Source: Atractiella rhizophila (lineage: Eukaryota). From it: DNA of 64,000 nucleotides. Made by a program: the position numbers and the translations under genes. The notes below the pieces were generated by a model. It saw nothing but the letters and a program-made list of their open reading frames with translations, had not been told where the DNA came from and ran no database searches. Of this stretch, positions 24,186-38,219 are shown piece after piece; the stretch's first letter is position 1; the number at the start of each line of letters is the position of its first letter. The DNA is taken from contig MU271189.1 in the NCBI GenBank assembly GCA_021432655.1, positions 62,001 through 126,000 of the forward strand, given 5' to 3'.

Positions 24186-26546
24186 TCACAGGAACGCAAG
24201 TTCATCATCCGATAAATCCTCTTCTCCCGCTGTCTTTTCCTTTTCTAGCTTCATCTTCGCCCTCATTGGGGCTGGCAGACCAACGACAGGTTTTGGAGTC
24301 GGTCGCGGAGTGGTGACTGTGGTATGGATGACGGAACGTTTGCGAGGAGGGGGAGCGGAGCGGGGCATGTGGGTGGAGGGACCTTTGATTGGTGTCTTGG
24401 TTGGATTTGGAGTCAAGGCGTGAGGGTTAGACGAGGAGGAGAGGAGGAGACGACGTTCGAGATCTGCAATTTTCGCCTGTTCCATACATCAACCGATAAC
24501 GAATCAGATTCCATGATGCACTGGTATATCGGAGAAACCAAGTCAAGGGAAGATGGGAGAAAGGGATCACACACATCTTTCTCCGCCACCTGCACATCCC
24601 TCGCCTCAACCTCCCTCTCCCACCGCTCCCTCTCAGCCTCATGCGCCGCCTCTAAAGCCCTAAGCTCTGCCCCGAAAAGCGCCGCATTGTCCTATGTACC
24701 ATCCATGTCAGCTCTCATTCATGCTCAGCCACTTATGAAAGAGGAAGGTACGAACGACGAGAGACTTGTTATCTTGTTCGTATCGAGCAAGCCTCATATC
24801 CGATTCGTCCAGAGCAGATTTCATCTATCCAAAAACTCCTCAATACATCTCAAAGCGACTAGAAAGGAAATGCTTACCTGCCCCATGTCCTCTCTCTCCT
24901 TTATCCTCTACCCAAAACACATCAGCCACTCATTCACACCAGACGAATTGTCTCCAGGAACAAAGCAGCATACCTCAGCCTCCAAAGCACCCACTCTCTC
25001 CTTCCAACCACCCACCTCAGTCTCCCACCTCCTCTCTCCATCCTCCTCTCTCTCCTTCGCCCTCTTCGAGCTTTCCTCCGCTTCCTCAGCCCTCTTCTCC
25101 GCGCCTTCGAGGTACTTTTGCAACTGCGAATTCTCGGAAGCCAAGCGGGAAGCGGAGAGATTGGACGCCTGCTTTCGCGCGGGTGGGGCGACTCGTTAGT
25201 CCTTTTCTGTTCCCTAAGCTGCTTGAAGTAATGAAGGTACTGACCTCAAGAGAGTGTTTCGATTTATTGAGGTCCGCACGTAATGCATCCCTCTCCTTCC
25301 TACATCCCCAAAATAGATTTCGTTAGATAAACAGCAACATCAAAAATGGTGTGGAGCTGAGGAAACGTACAACCACGCCCGCTTCTCCTTCCCCAACTCT
25401 TCCGCTCGGCTCTTCTCCGCCTTCAATTCCTCGGCGAGTGAAGCATATTTCTCCCTACCCACCGCCCAACAATCGCCATACAGAATCAAATCAGGTTTGA
25501 AGTTCATAATGAGGATGAGGATGGGGAAGGCCGTACGAAGTGCGGGACTTATCAGCTGAAAGCGCTTCGACGGATGAGCGCGCGGTCGTGAGGTCTTCGA
25601 TCAGCTTGACTGTCTGTTTCCTATACCAAGTCAAAAGGTGCCAGGCCCTTTAGGTTTGTACGATGAGGGCGACGCGTGAGCAACATACTCTAGGGCGTCC
25701 ACCTTCCCTTCCGCCTCCTCCATCCTCACACTTGTTGACTTCAACATCGTTCGTGTCTCCCTTACCTCTCTACCCAGCTCCTTGATTCTCTGTTCTTTCT
25801 CTCTTCGATCCACAAAAAGAAGCCTTAGTAGGGAAAAGCAAAAGAGAGGAGGAGACGGACGCGAGTCTTCCTTCAAGGGTCAGGTATTGTTCATGCAGAC
25901 CTTCATACCTAAATCCCTCAAAGTATGAGCATGCATAAGAGGAGCAGTGGGGGAGGCAAGCAGGATGACGAACGAAGACTGCAGACTTCCATATTCGACT
26001 TTCACTCCGCCAAACTCCTCCACTTGTTCCCTGAGAGCCTTCCGCTCCGAGGCTGCACGTTCGAGCGCGGGTACCTATCATCCAACCAGCATCAGCATAT
26101 TCGCTCGAGTCATCAAGACGGATGGAGTGATGGAGAGGAGAGGAGGAGGAAAAAGGACATACATGCGCATTAAGAGTGCGAATCAGAGAAATGACATCAC
26201 CTTCTCCTCCATCTCCATCTTCTCGTCCCTCTTCCTCTTCCTGAGGATAGGAGACTCTCTTCCTCTTTCCCCTCCCACTCCCCCCTCCTCCGCTAGAAGA
26301 CAAGGAAAAAGCTGGCGGACTCCTAGGTGACGGAAGCCTGTGTTCCTCCTCTAGCTGAGGCTGAGGTTGAGCCTGTGGGTGAGATCGGGCACGTGTTTGA
26401 GGGTGAGAAGCCGAAGGAGGAAGAGGGGGGAGCTGTGTGGCGTCGCGGCGAAAGATGGAGGAGGAGGAGAAGGACGGGCGATGGAAGGGATTCGACGAGA
26501 TTGGGGTGGGACCAGACGACCGCGTCGCGTAGGGAGAGCGTGACAT
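24186..26546 (-). CDS. Hypothetical coiled-coil protein with an S/P-rich N-terminus, multi-exon
   Basis: MSRSPYATRSSG.. followed by E/K/R-rich heptad exons (EQRIKELGREVRETRTMLK, LQKYLEGAEKRAEEAEESSKR), ending EEDLSDDELAFL*. Confidence 0.7.
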
Positions 26547-26881
26547 CTCTTTCGTCCTCTCGTCTTCTTGACTGCGGCTGGGGAAAGCCGGGCGGATCAT
26601 GAGTACACCGTAGTTTCTAGTCCCCTGTCGTTGAGAGTAAACTGAGCCCAGATGAAGCTCGATCTTACAATTAGGTACCTTCCAAGTTCTCTGCACTGAC
26701 GCTTCCAGAGCCTCGCAGGCTGCGATCGTAAGGATATTCTCCTTCCCTCCTAGGACGGTCTGTCAAGTGTCGGTTGGTCCAAATATGACCACCTTAGATT
26801 CCCAACGAGTGTAACTCGTAATCGACAGTTATTTAATATCACAACATTGCGACAGATGCTCAAACGATCAACAAAGAGACC

Positions 26882-27785
26882 TTAATGAGTTTTGTTTAAT
26901 GTTCCGACTTGCCAACACTTCCGAGCAAAGTCATACAAGCCTCCTTCCTTCGGCACGACGTCAAGATCCACTTCATTCCCACTCTTGATCCAGTCTTCAA
27001 CGTCATCCTCATCCACATCCTCAAAAGGATGCTTTTCACAAAACAAGCTCCAGATAGCCAACCCGAGAGCGTACATATCGTCTTCGAGCCTCAACGGAGC
27101 TTGTAAATCCGTCAACCGACGTGCAGAAAGGTATCGTTCCGTGTATGCGTGAGGAGGTTTTGGGTCCTCCATTTTCTGAGCTGCTCCAAAGTCCCCAAGG
27201 AGTAGCTTAGGCGGGGAAGAAGAATGTCGGAGGAGGAAATTAGATAACTTAATGTCGCCATGTAGAATCCCTTTGGAGTGTAATAAGCCAACGACCTGTT
27301 TCATTTGGAGACAAATTGAAATCTTTTCCTCGCGAGAGAAAACTGTAGGAATCCTTCTCCCCTGCAATAGACTCGCACAAGGTCTCATTTGAGGAGAACT
27401 TGAATCTTCTTCCTCGCTAGATAAAAGATTGGGAACAAGCAGCAAGCATTTCTCCATAACGATCCCGACTACTTCCAAAGGGTTGCCTTTAGGATCCAAA
27501 ACAGCACCATAGACTGCAGGGGCAACGTCAGGTCCTGCAGCTGATTGAAGGATCATTTCGTTCATCAAAGAGCGATTCGATACATCAAATTCCTCTCCAG
27601 TATCCGGTGATGTCTGACACGAACATTATTGATGAGAGAAAGCAAACGGATTAGAGAATAAAGATTACAAGCTTTCGGACATTTGGTACTTTGACGGCAT
27701 AGTCGCCACATTGATATAGAGTCGAATTGAGCCCAAAATTCAATGTGGCAGACCCAATAACTTCGTCCAGCCAAAGATTCGTCAT
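26882..27785 (-). CDS. Small protein kinase (divergent ePK fold), 2 exons
   Basis: Exon 1 MTNLWLDE..YAVK (catalytic Lys). Exon 2 contains GIVMEK, LHSKGILHGDIKLSNFLL, LGDFG and DDMYALG. Confidence 0.85.
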
Positions 27786-30700
27786 AGTGATTAACGACTT
27801 GAAATCTGCTTATATATGTAACGCAAATCAATCACAATTTATTCTTTGTTTTTGCCTGCTGACTCTTCAATCGTTGTGCCTCAATAATGGCCAACGAGAG
27901 GGAGAGCTAGCACTTAGTTCAAAAACATGAGTCATGCATGGATGCCCTCCTTCGATTTCGCGAAGGTACTTGTGTAAAGCAACAAACCTAATAGTCTAAT
28001 CGTCCAACGGTCAGATTTGCACAACGTCAGCCTTTCAGGGCTCACCTGACAAAACCGCCGGGTGATGTGAGGGGAGCATCATACATATCCCTATCGTAAA
28101 CCGTCAATTTCTCCTTCTCTCAAAGTTCAGGTTTCAGGAGCGCGTCGAGCATAATAAAAAACCACCCTCTGAGAGATTTACTCCCGGTTCGTCTTTGCTT
28201 ATGTGCACCACCTTAGGGGTCGGAGAGTATTGAGGTATTCCTTCAAAATCCTGGAGGAGTAAAAAGAATCGGTGTCGAAGTCAAGCGAATAACCAACCCC
28301 CATGCAAATGCAAATCGCTAGACGAGCACGTAAGACGAAAGTCGTGTTCTCAAAGTTGATAGGCTGCTCAATCACAATCTGCAGCGATCTCGTCACGGTG
28401 TCTAAGAAAAACAAGCCAGATTGCGAAGGTGCGAAATAATGTGACAGAAGCGCTTTCAAATCATTACAGACAGTATAACTATTTGTCTGCTCCACCCCAG
28501 TCTATGATCTTACCCCCACGCATAATGCCAAATTTTCTCTTTGCCGAACATTACATTTCGCGGAAAGAAAGATTAAGTTTATATGGTGATAAGTTGTCAA
28601 AACCTTAAGAAACGGTCTTGATATAGACACTGTATCCAAAAACAGTCTCCTGAAAGACTTCCCGTGTCAAATCCAGATCTTGAGCAGAGAAGGTTATATG
28701 TGACACAGTTTTGATTTTTTTTCGTCCTGTTCCATTTTCCATTCATCAGTGGTCAGCCTGCGCCGGTTTGCGTGAGCTATTCATTCTAAATTATCACAGA
28801 TATTCCTTTAATTCGGGACTGTAAGACTTGTAACTGAAGTGGTGAACAGAGTCCTGATTTGTTTGCAGCTAATATTCCAAAAAATTACCAATTACGGCAG
28901 ACATCAAACATAGAACGGTGTAGATGGTCGCAGAATGAAGGAAAAGGAAGAGATTTTCACATTGCGACATCTCGAATTGTGAGCAATTGTGGTACCAAGT
29001 GTCACATGAAATCAGGAAATACCACATCGGCAGGCTCACTTTCGAACGCGTGTTCTTGACTTCCTCGTGGTTGAGATGGTGTCAGGTTTCTTCTCACCTC
29101 TAAGATCGCAAGATCAGTGAGCGATTTTTCCTTCCATTGTCGTACAGAGAATATTTATGCTTGAAGGGGAAGCTGTTGTTGTAGTCCAAAGAGACGCGAG
29201 ACCCGAAGTGGAACAACCAGACTCAACGTCTTTGCAGCGCTTACGGCGGTTGAAGGGCGAGCTGGAGAGGTGGTACGAATATAGCGGATCATAGTAGCGA
29301 AACACTGAACAGATTGTTGTACATCTCAGCATTTCAGGACGGTTAAACGAATTACATGGAAAACTTTGAGTGGAAAGCTACCCATCCCATCATTTGCCAG
29401 AGTCAAAGAAATTGAAAGATCGGGTAAGAGAGTGCGAAGGATTCAAGTATTTCGGTCAGTATTTCATAAGGTATCAAATTCCTCTCCAGTATCCGGTGAT
29501 GTCTGACACGAACATTATTGATGAGAGAAAGCAAACGGATTAGAGAATAAAGATTACAAGCTTTCGGACATTTGGTACTTTGACGGCATAGTCGCCACAT
29601 TGATATAGAGTCGAATTGAGCCCAAAATTCAATGTGGCAGACCCAATAACTTCGTCCAGCCAAAGATTCGTCATAGTGATTAACGACTTGAAATCTGCTT
29701 ATATATGTAACGCAAATCAATCACAATTTATTCTTTGTTTTTGCCTGCTGACTCTTCAATCGTTGTGCCTCAATAATGGCCAACGAGAGGGAGAGCTAGC
29801 ACTTAGTTCAAAAACATGAGTCATGCATGGATGCCCTCCTTCGATTTCGCGAAGGTACTTGTGTAAAGCAACAAACCTAATAGTCTAATCGTCCAACGGT
29901 CAGATTTGCACAACGTCAGCCTTTCAGGGCTCACCTGACAAAACCGCCGGGTGATGTGAGGGGAGCATCATACATATCCCTATCGTAAACCGTCAATTTC
30001 TCCTTCTCTCAAAGTTCAGGTTTCAGGAGCGCGTCGAGCATAATAAAAAACCACCCTCTGAGAGATTTACTCCCGGTTCGTCTTTGCTTATGTGCACCAC
30101 CTTAGGGGTCGGAGAGTATTGAGGTATTCCTTCAAAATCCTGGAGGAGTAAAAAGAATCGGTGTCGAAGGCAAGCGAATAACCAACCCCCATGCAAATGC
30201 AAATCGCTAGACGAGCACGTAAGACGAAAGTCGTGTTCTCAAAGTTGATAGGCTGCTCAATTACAATCTGCAGCTATCTCGTCACGTGTCTAAGAAAAAC
30301 AAGCCAGATTGCGAAGGTGCGAAATAATGTGACAGAAGCGCTTTCAAATCATTACAGACAGTATAACTATTTGTCTGCTCCACCCCAGTCTATGATCTTA
30401 CCCCCACGCATAATGCCAAATTTTCTCTTTGCCGAACATTACATTTCGGGAAAGAAAGATTAAGTTTATATGGTGATAAGTTGTCAAAACCTTAAGAAAC
30501 GGTCTTGATATAGACACTGTATCCAAAAACAGTCTCCTGAAAGACTTCCCGTGTCAAATCCAGATCTTGAGCAGAGAAGGTTATATGTGACACAGTTTTG
30601 ATTTTTTTTCGTCCTGTTCCATTTTCCATTCATCAGTGGTCAGCCTGCGCCAGTTTGCGTGAGCTATTCATTCTAAATTATCACAGATATTCCTTTAATT

Positions 30701-31360
30701 CGGGACTGTAAGACTTGTAACTGAAGGGGTGAACAGAGTCCTGATTTGTTTGCAGCTAATATTCCAAAAAATTACCAATTACGGCAGACATCAAACATAG
30801 AACGGTGTAGATGGTCGCAGAATGAAGGAAAAGGAAGAGTTTTTTCACATTGCGACATCTCGAATTGTGAGCAATTGTGGTACCAAGTGTCACATGAAAT
30901 CAGGAAATACCACATCGGCAGGCTCACTTTCGAACGCGTGTTCTTGACTTCCTCGTGGTTGAGATGGTGTCAGGTTTCTTCTCACCTCTAAGATCGCAAG
31001 ATCAGTGAGCGATTTTTCCTTCCATTGTCGTACAGAGAACATTTATGCTTGAAGGGGAAGCTGTTGTTGTAGTCCAAAGAGACGCGAGACCCGAAGTGGA
31101 ACAACCAGACTCAACGTCTTTGCAGCGCTTACGGCGGTTGAAGGGCGAGCTGGAGAGGTGGTACGAATATAGCGGATCATAGTAGCGAAACACTGAACAG
31201 ATTGTTGTACATCTCAGCATTTCAGGACGGTTAAACGAATTACATGGAAAACTTTGAGTGGAAAGCTACCCATCCCATCATTTGCCAGAGTCAAAGAAAT
31301 TGAAAGATCGGGTAAGAGAGTGCGAAGGATTCAAGTATTTCGGTCAGTATTTCATAAGGT
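27584..31360. repeat. Tandem duplication of ~1.89 kb (27584-29472 and 29473-31360)
   Basis: Near-identical copies differing by a few substitutions and 1-2 nt indels; junction at 29472/29473. Confidence 0.95.
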
Positions 31361-31370
31361 ACTACTTCTC
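29900..31370 (-). pseudogene. Possible decayed F-box-like gene (also present in the first unit, ~28000-29470)
   Basis: VPYEILTEILESF F-box-like segment followed by stop-riddled, protein-like fragments. Confidence 0.25.
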
Positions 31371-31400
31371 AACGATCGAGGAGCGACCATTTTTGAGTGT

Positions 31401-33418
31401 TCAGAACCCAGGAGCAGTATCGTCGAGATCGCCGATAACTTGACGTTTGGTGAAGAGACCCGTAGGGTCATAAATCTTCTTGATGGCAAGGAGCCTCCTG
31501 TAATTTCCCTCGAAGTAACGGTCATGCCAGTCACTGAGTCTGGGGTCCTAAAAATAGTACACTTTTCGGCAACGCAACGAGAAGAATGACGGGAGGACGG
31601 CTCACGATGTAGTTGGGATAAGCCCCGAAATCAGCACCAGGCATATTGTCAAGGAACTGCTGCTTCATTCCATTGACAAAGTCGTATCCTTGTTGAGGGT
31701 AGGGAAGCTGAGTCCTATCCTTGGCGGAGGCGTAAAATTGCCAGGTCCAGAGGGTGTCACGGTGAGCGAAGGCAGTGGCGCCTTCAGGGATGGTGTTGAA
31801 GAAGGATCCTTTGCCCCCGTACAGCTCCATCTGTCCCATTCTAGTAAACATCTGCAAGAAGAAGTGACGGGGGTTGCAAGCGTACCTGGGCAAACCAATC
31901 GATTTGATCTTGAGGAGAGTTGACAATGAAGTTGTAGTAGTCGGAGGATGCAGCTGCGTTGATGGGATAGTTCTCAGGGTTCATCAAGCTAGCCGTGAGT
32001 GGAGGTCAGCTTGAGGACGCTGAGATAACGGAGGAACTTATTCGTAGAAGTTATCTGTGGGATGAGGGAAGGTAGACGTATTGAGGGAGGGTTGTCCGCC
32101 AATCTTGGTAAGTCCGTCTTGTTGACTCAATCAGCTCACACGCTGTGTGAAAGGCAATATACGAGCGCACCGATCCAGTTGTAGCTTTGGTAAAGGATAA
32201 CCTCATCTGGCTTCCCAATGACAGCGTAGAGCTTAGCGGCGGCCGCGTCAGCAGAAGCCTGGGAACCAATCCATAGAGCTTCGATTTGAAGGGTGACGGG
32301 GAATCCCTTGCCCTCGTTCCTGATGTTGAACCGAGTTCCCCAGTTCGAAGGAGTATTGTGGATGGAGAAGTCCTATGCTCGAATTTAGGGCAAGACCGTT
32401 GTTCGAAAGCATCCCTACCTGATATCCAAGGAAGATCTTATTCCAAGCAGCGACGTCTCGTGGATACCAATTCAGCAGTTGGTAAACCACATTGGAGGGA
32501 GCAACCTCAGTTTGCATTGTCCATTCGACAACCACCTGTTTGTTTGAAGAAGTTAGTTGAGCTTGAAATGGATTCCAGGAAAGACTGTACGCCAAATCCA
32601 CCTCCTCCACCGCGAAGAGCCCAGAAAAGGTCAGAGTTTGTGTTAGCGTTGGCGGTAACGAGCTTTCCATTGGCGAGAACGACCTTGGCGCCGATGGTGT
32701 GGTCCAAAGCAAGACCCCATTCACGAGTGTCAAGACCCTGAAGAAATTCATATTTAGACCTTCCAAATAAAAGCTGGATGGCTACGCACGTATCCACCAC
32801 CTTGGAAGTGACCGCCAGTTCCAACAGTAGGACAAACACCGTGAGGAAGAGCTATTTTTCGACACAACATCAGCAAACAACTACAAACCACTGCTTTTCA
32901 ATGTAAGAAAACACAAACCTCGTCCCTCACGTCCAATAACAAGGGCCATATCTCCCAGCCTCGTGCCAGCTTGAACAACTGCCACTCCAGTCTTCTTGTT
33001 CACGGTGACATCGTTGAGGAGCTGAACGTCGACCACAAGCGATCCGTTCCTCATTCCCAAGCTAGCAGCCTCGTACGAATGTCCTCCTCCTCGAGGAGAG
33101 ACATGGACACCGGCGGCGTCACCGCACTTGACTGCAGTCGAAACGGCACCGTAAGTCGTAGGCTGGACCACAGCGGTAGGGATGAACAGGCCTTCAGCAT
33201 AATGAGTTCCCGATACTCTAGTTATAAATAAAGATGAACGAACCCGTGAACCTATAGTTGTAAGGAGCAGAAACCGTAGCCCATTCTGGGCTAGATGGAG
33301 TGAAGACTAGAAGGTCTTTATCTGCTTGAAGACATTTAACCAAATTTCCACCCGCCCTCTTCGCGGGGTTTGCCACAACGCTAGCAATCAAGAGTGCCGA
33401 AGCTAGGAACGACAACAT
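31401..33418 (-). CDS. Secreted BBE-like FAD-linked oxidase (AA7/glucooligosaccharide-oxidase-like), copy 1
   Basis: Signal peptide MLSFLASALLIASVVA; RGGGHSY and PHGVCPTVG (His/Cys typical of bicovalent FAD); DLFWALRGGGG; AFAHRD; GAYPNYID; RLLAIKKIYDP. Confidence 0.92.
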
Positions 33419-33484
33419 TTCGACTCCAAGTTCAAACTGTCGACTGGGTTCGAATGAAGAGGTAGCGGGGAGAGAAGGACGCGC

Positions 33485-33491
33485 TTTTATA
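33485..33491 (-). promoter_or_regulatory. TATA box of AA7 copy 1
   Basis: TATAAAA about 70 nt upstream of the ATG; an equivalent box lies at 38293-38299 upstream of copy 2. Confidence 0.6.
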
Positions 33492-33601
33492 GGCCGTCAA
33501 ACGCTCACGCCAGTGTCCGTCACACCTCTCCTGCCCTCGTCCTCCCCGCACCCCTCGTAAATCTCAACACATCCTTCGTTTCCCCATCTTTTTCCGTTCC
33601 A

Positions 33602-33615
33602 GAAACGGTCCGTCA
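33602..33615. promoter_or_regulatory. Candidate CGG-N1-CCG regulatory site GAAACGGTCCGTCA
   Basis: Identical 14-mer at 43108-43121 (MFS promoter) and a variant ACGGTCCGCCA at 38387-38397 (AA7 copy 2 promoter). Confidence 0.45.
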
Positions 33616-36167
33616 GGCCTCATAACCCACGAAACATTTCTGCTGCATCATTTCATCCCGCATCCAATACATAACCAAGGTCATAGGGAGGTTGAAAAAG
33701 TCTTGTCATAGGAAGGCTTTTTGATTTTCCAAGGTCAAACGTTTCTGGTGCATGCGTTTCTTTTCCTTATGAGTTGAGGGCGGCATCCACACAAAGCCAG
33801 TGGCACACTTCTTCTCTTCTCTCGGTGGCCTCGGATCAAACATGCCATTCATCTTGCATTCAGTCCCGTTCTTGACAGTGACTGATGCGGACGTGGATTG
33901 AGTTTGATTTGGCGGGAGGGGCGGAATATTCCCCCACTTCCAAGCAATGGAGGAGATCTGACAAGGTGTGTGACGATTCCACTACTCGGGGACCGCCAGT
34001 CTCAACGTTAACGCTGCTTCGGCAGCTTATTCGCTAGAAAGGAAAGAAAAGACTTGGTAAAGAAGTCCCGAACGCGCGGTACATCTTGGTGCGTGATGGA
34101 CGAATTTGAGGTTTGAGGAAGGCATAGAACGCAAGGTTATCACACCTCTGCGACTAGTAAACAGCTACCGTAGGCTATAGCTAGCTCGGCGCTATAGAAG
34201 ACGCGTACTTGGGGATATTCAGAGCACAAGCAAGGGTATTCAAAGGAGAGAAGTGAATGAACTTCGGCCTCTCACCTCTCTGAACTCGACGACCATAGTT
34301 GGCCGAAGAACTTTAGCTCAACTCCGTGTCAGTCATTTCGCACGTTCCAACAGTTTCAGAAGACCCTCAAAGGCCTTAACGCTGATCGAAGAGGCGTGAT
34401 CGTGGGGGATTTGAGTTGAATTTATCCAGCAAAGGATGGAGACTCTTGTTTGGCTCCAGAAGAGGAAAGCGGTATCAATTCGGAAACGTTAATAGTCAAC
34501 AGTGTTAAACTGACGAGGAATGAAAAATGGCTGTTTCTTGCGAGGGCTGGGGTCATACAAGGTGAGACGCATTGCTGTCATAATACACAGTACACACTGT
34601 GCCTTGCATCCTGGGCGATACATGATCCAGTCGCAGGGACAATGTCTAGATTTCTAGAACATTTCGGGGATCAATCAGGAGATATATCAGACTACTAGTA
34701 CTTATCATTGAATAAACCTCTCCAAGGTGTGCTATTCAAAGAAAGGATTACAAATGGTGGTGATTGTTCTCCTTGCGCCAGCGTGAAAGCATGAAAGCTG
34801 AGTGATTGCATGTAGGCTCAGCGTTGTTGAGAACAATACCAGAGACTTTGAGCATTTCGTTCCTTTCACTGAAAGCAGAAAAATTCCTAATAAATCTTTC
34901 AACGAAGAACGGTTTCTCTTTGCGTTCCGAACAGTCAGCATGAACATGTTTACTATCACCTGCCTCTCCTTTCTCCTCCTCCACACGCGCGCACAGACGG
35001 AGCTGGGGGCTTGAAATTTGCCGCATATATTAGCGCTTTGGGGCGATTGAATCGGATGTTCGAATTAGAACAATGTCAGCGATTGAATCGGCGGCCACCC
35101 GCTCCACTCCTGTCTTGGCTTTCCAGTTGTCCATTGCGTCCAGTGTTAGGGAACAAGTCTTCTTTTACAGCAATATACTGCTAACGAGAGTTTCTTTGAA
35201 CGTCAGGAGCTGTTTTGGCCGCCTCAACAGTGTCTTTTTTTAGGTTGTGTCCAGAATTTTCAGGCTATTCCTCGCAATGCTAATGTGTTGGCTTCCTTGC
35301 TTCCCTATCCAAATCTCCTACAGTTTTTAGGTGATGACGACAGCGTGCGAAGTTCTCGCAAACATTACAATCACAGCTCATCTTGAAATTGTTTCATGTT
35401 AGTGCAATTATTCCAACAAGGTCGAGTGAAAAAGATCCGATCAGGCGTTACTAACCTGGGAGTCGTATAATTCAATCCGGAAAGCTTGAAAATGATATGG
35501 CATCACGGCATACCACAAAAATCAATCGCGTCATGCTTTTCATCAGCAATATTCGCCAAAAATAAGAATATTCCATATTCTGCCCAGACGCCGCCACAAT
35601 GTAGAATATTAGTATTACACAAGCGGGATGAGAACTACTCCCCCTCAAGCGAAAGGTCACCATAAACATCACAACCTCGTCCTCCTGACTGATAGCAGGT
35701 CGTTGCTTTACCGGCAGTAGTGTTCTCGTCGCCATGCCGCGATACTCCACAAGATCTCACGGATGTCAAATTCCTAGTTATGAATTCTGGATTGTAAATA
35801 AGTTACAACAGTGTTTATCGGTGAAAGAAAAAAGGCAATGGAATGGAGGTGAGCGCCGCTCGAAAACGCGTACTAGTAGACATGACCCTCGCATCGTACT
35901 CTCGAACAAGAGGCGAGGGGACGTCGAAGCCTGGAAGGGTAGGAAATCGTATACAATCTCTTAACATTGAAAATTATGCGGCGAAAGATGTGGGAGCATT
36001 TCAATTGTCGTTGTACTCGGATGAGCATTGCAATGTTTGCTAATACATTGTGGATATAAAAGAATTTGAATGATAGGAGAAGGGAGGGAGACTAATAAGT
36101 TGGGATTATCAGTACCTCTACCGAGGCCATTAATAAATGACAACGGAAGAGCATCAACTTTTGGTGC

Positions 36168-38219
36168 TTAGAATCCGGGAGCAGTGTCGTCAAGATCTCC
36201 GACTATTTGTCGCTTAGTAAAGAGACCAGTGGGGTCGTAGATCTTCTTGATGGAAAGCAGGCGGGTGTAGGCATCCTCATAGTAAGCCTCATGCCAGTTG
36301 TCCAACCTGGGATCCTAAATAGCACACCATTTCAGACAGGACACAAGGGATGTGAAGGAGAGAACGGACAATGTAGTTGGGGTAGGCTCCGAAGTCAGCA
36401 CCGGGCATGTTGTCAAGGAACTGCTGCTTCATTCCATTGACAAAGTCGTATCCTTGTTGAGGGTAGGGAAGCTGAGTCCTATCCTTGGCGGAGGCGTAAA
36501 AGTCGTATCCTTGTTGAGGGTAGGGAAGCTGAGTCCTATCCTTGGCGGAGGCGTAAAATTGCCAGGTCCAGAGGGTGTCACGATGAGCGAAGGCGGTTGC
36601 ATCCTGAGGGATAGTGTTAAAGAACGAGTTCTTGCCACCGTACAACTCCATCTACAAGTTGCGAATTAGCATATTGGAAATAGAGGGATGTGGGAAGCTT
36701 GCCTGAGCGAACCAATCAATCTCGTCCTGGGGAGAGTTGACGATGAAGTTGTAGTAAGCGGAAGAGGCTGCTTCGTTGATGGGGTAGTCTTCAGGGTTCA
36801 TCAAGCTAGCTGTGAGCGGAGGTCAACTAGAGCTCTGAAGGAAAACAAAGGAACACTTATTCGTAGAAGTTATCGGTGGGATGGGGGAAGGTAGAGGTGT
36901 TGAGGGAAGGTTGTCCACCGATCTTGGTGAGTCCGTCTATTTCGTACAAATGAGGACTCTGTCTGAACTGAGAGCAGGCACTCACCAATCCAGTTGTAGC
37001 TCTGGTAGAGGATGACTTCGTCAGGCTCGCCAATGACAGCGTAGAGTTTGGCAGCCTCAGCATCGGCGGAAGCCTGGTCACCAATCCACATAGCCTCGAT
37101 TTGGAGAGTGACAGGGAATCCTTTGCCCTCGTTCCTGATGTTGAACCTGGTTCCCCAATTCGAAGGCGTGTCGTTGAGCGAGAAATCCTACAATCGTCAT
37201 GAGACAATAAAATGAATGCTGCCATTCGACCAACCTGGTATCCGAGGAAAATCTTGTTCCAAGCATCGACGTCTCTTGGGTACCAGTTCAAAAGTTGGTA
37301 GACAATGTTGGCCGGAGCGACCTCAGTTTGGAGGGTCCATTCGACGACAAGCTATTCGAAGATGTTTCAGTTGAGTGGCAAGAAACAATCTAAATGAAAC
37401 TTACACCGTATCCTCCTCCTCCACCACGAAGAGCCCAGAAAAGGTCAGAGTTGGTGTGGGCGTTGGCAGTAACGAGCTTTCCGTTGGCGAGAACGACCTT
37501 GGCTCCGATAGTGTGGTCCAAAGCAAGACCCCATTCACGAGTGTCAAGACCCTGTTCCCTGAGAATTAATACCACTTCGACCGTTTGCGAAAATGGGTAC
37601 TGACGTATCCACCTCCTTGAAGATGACCACCAGTGCCGACCGTAGGACAGACACCGTGGGGAAGAGCTAAAAATGTCATCAGAAAGCGAGTAATGAACAC
37701 ACACAAAGCAAGAGACAAACCTCGTCCCTTGTTGCCAATTTGGAGAGCCATGTCACCCAACCGGGTTCCGGCCTGGACGACAGCTACACCAGAGGTGGTG
37801 TCGACGCTGACGGAGTTGAGGAGCTGGATGTCAACGACGAGGGAGCCATTCCTGTTTCCAAGAGCGGCAGCCTCATACGAGTGTCCTCCTCCGCGAGGAG
37901 AGACGTGAATGCCGGCAGCAGATCCACACTTGATCGCCGTCGAGACAGCAGAGTAAGTGGTGGGTTGAACAACCGCGGCAGGGATGTAGCGTCCTATTAA
38001 TCAAAGTCTCAGGGCGAACGCGTCAAACGAGGAACAAAATCACACACCAGTGTACCTGTAGTTGTAAGGAGCAGAAACGTTGGCCCACTCAGCAGAAGAA
38101 GGGGTGAAAACGTGAAGATCCTTGTCAGCCTTCAAACAGGACTCCAAGTTGCTTGCCCTCTTGGCGGGAGTGGCGAGGGCGCCAGCGATGAGAACAGCAG
38201 AGGTGAGGAGAGAGATCAT
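36168..38219 (-). CDS. Secreted BBE-like FAD-linked oxidase (AA7-like), copy 2, with an in-frame 19-aa internal duplication
   Basis: MISLLTSAVLIAGALA signal peptide; RGGGHSY; PHGVCPTVGTGGH; DLFWALRGGGG; same exon structure as copy 1. Confidence 0.92.
36442..36555. repeat. Perfect 57-bp tandem duplication inside the AA7 copy 2 CDS
   Basis: 36442-36498 equals 36499-36555 with AAA microhomology; encodes FYASAKDRTQLPYPQQGYD twice. Confidence 0.95.

Noticed and set aside
24324..25326. 291-aa and 186-aa + strand ORFs
   Set aside because: Antisense shadows of the E/K/R-rich coiled-coil gene.
33700..36100. Short ORFs between the AA7 genes
   Set aside because: No motifs or consistent exon chain.
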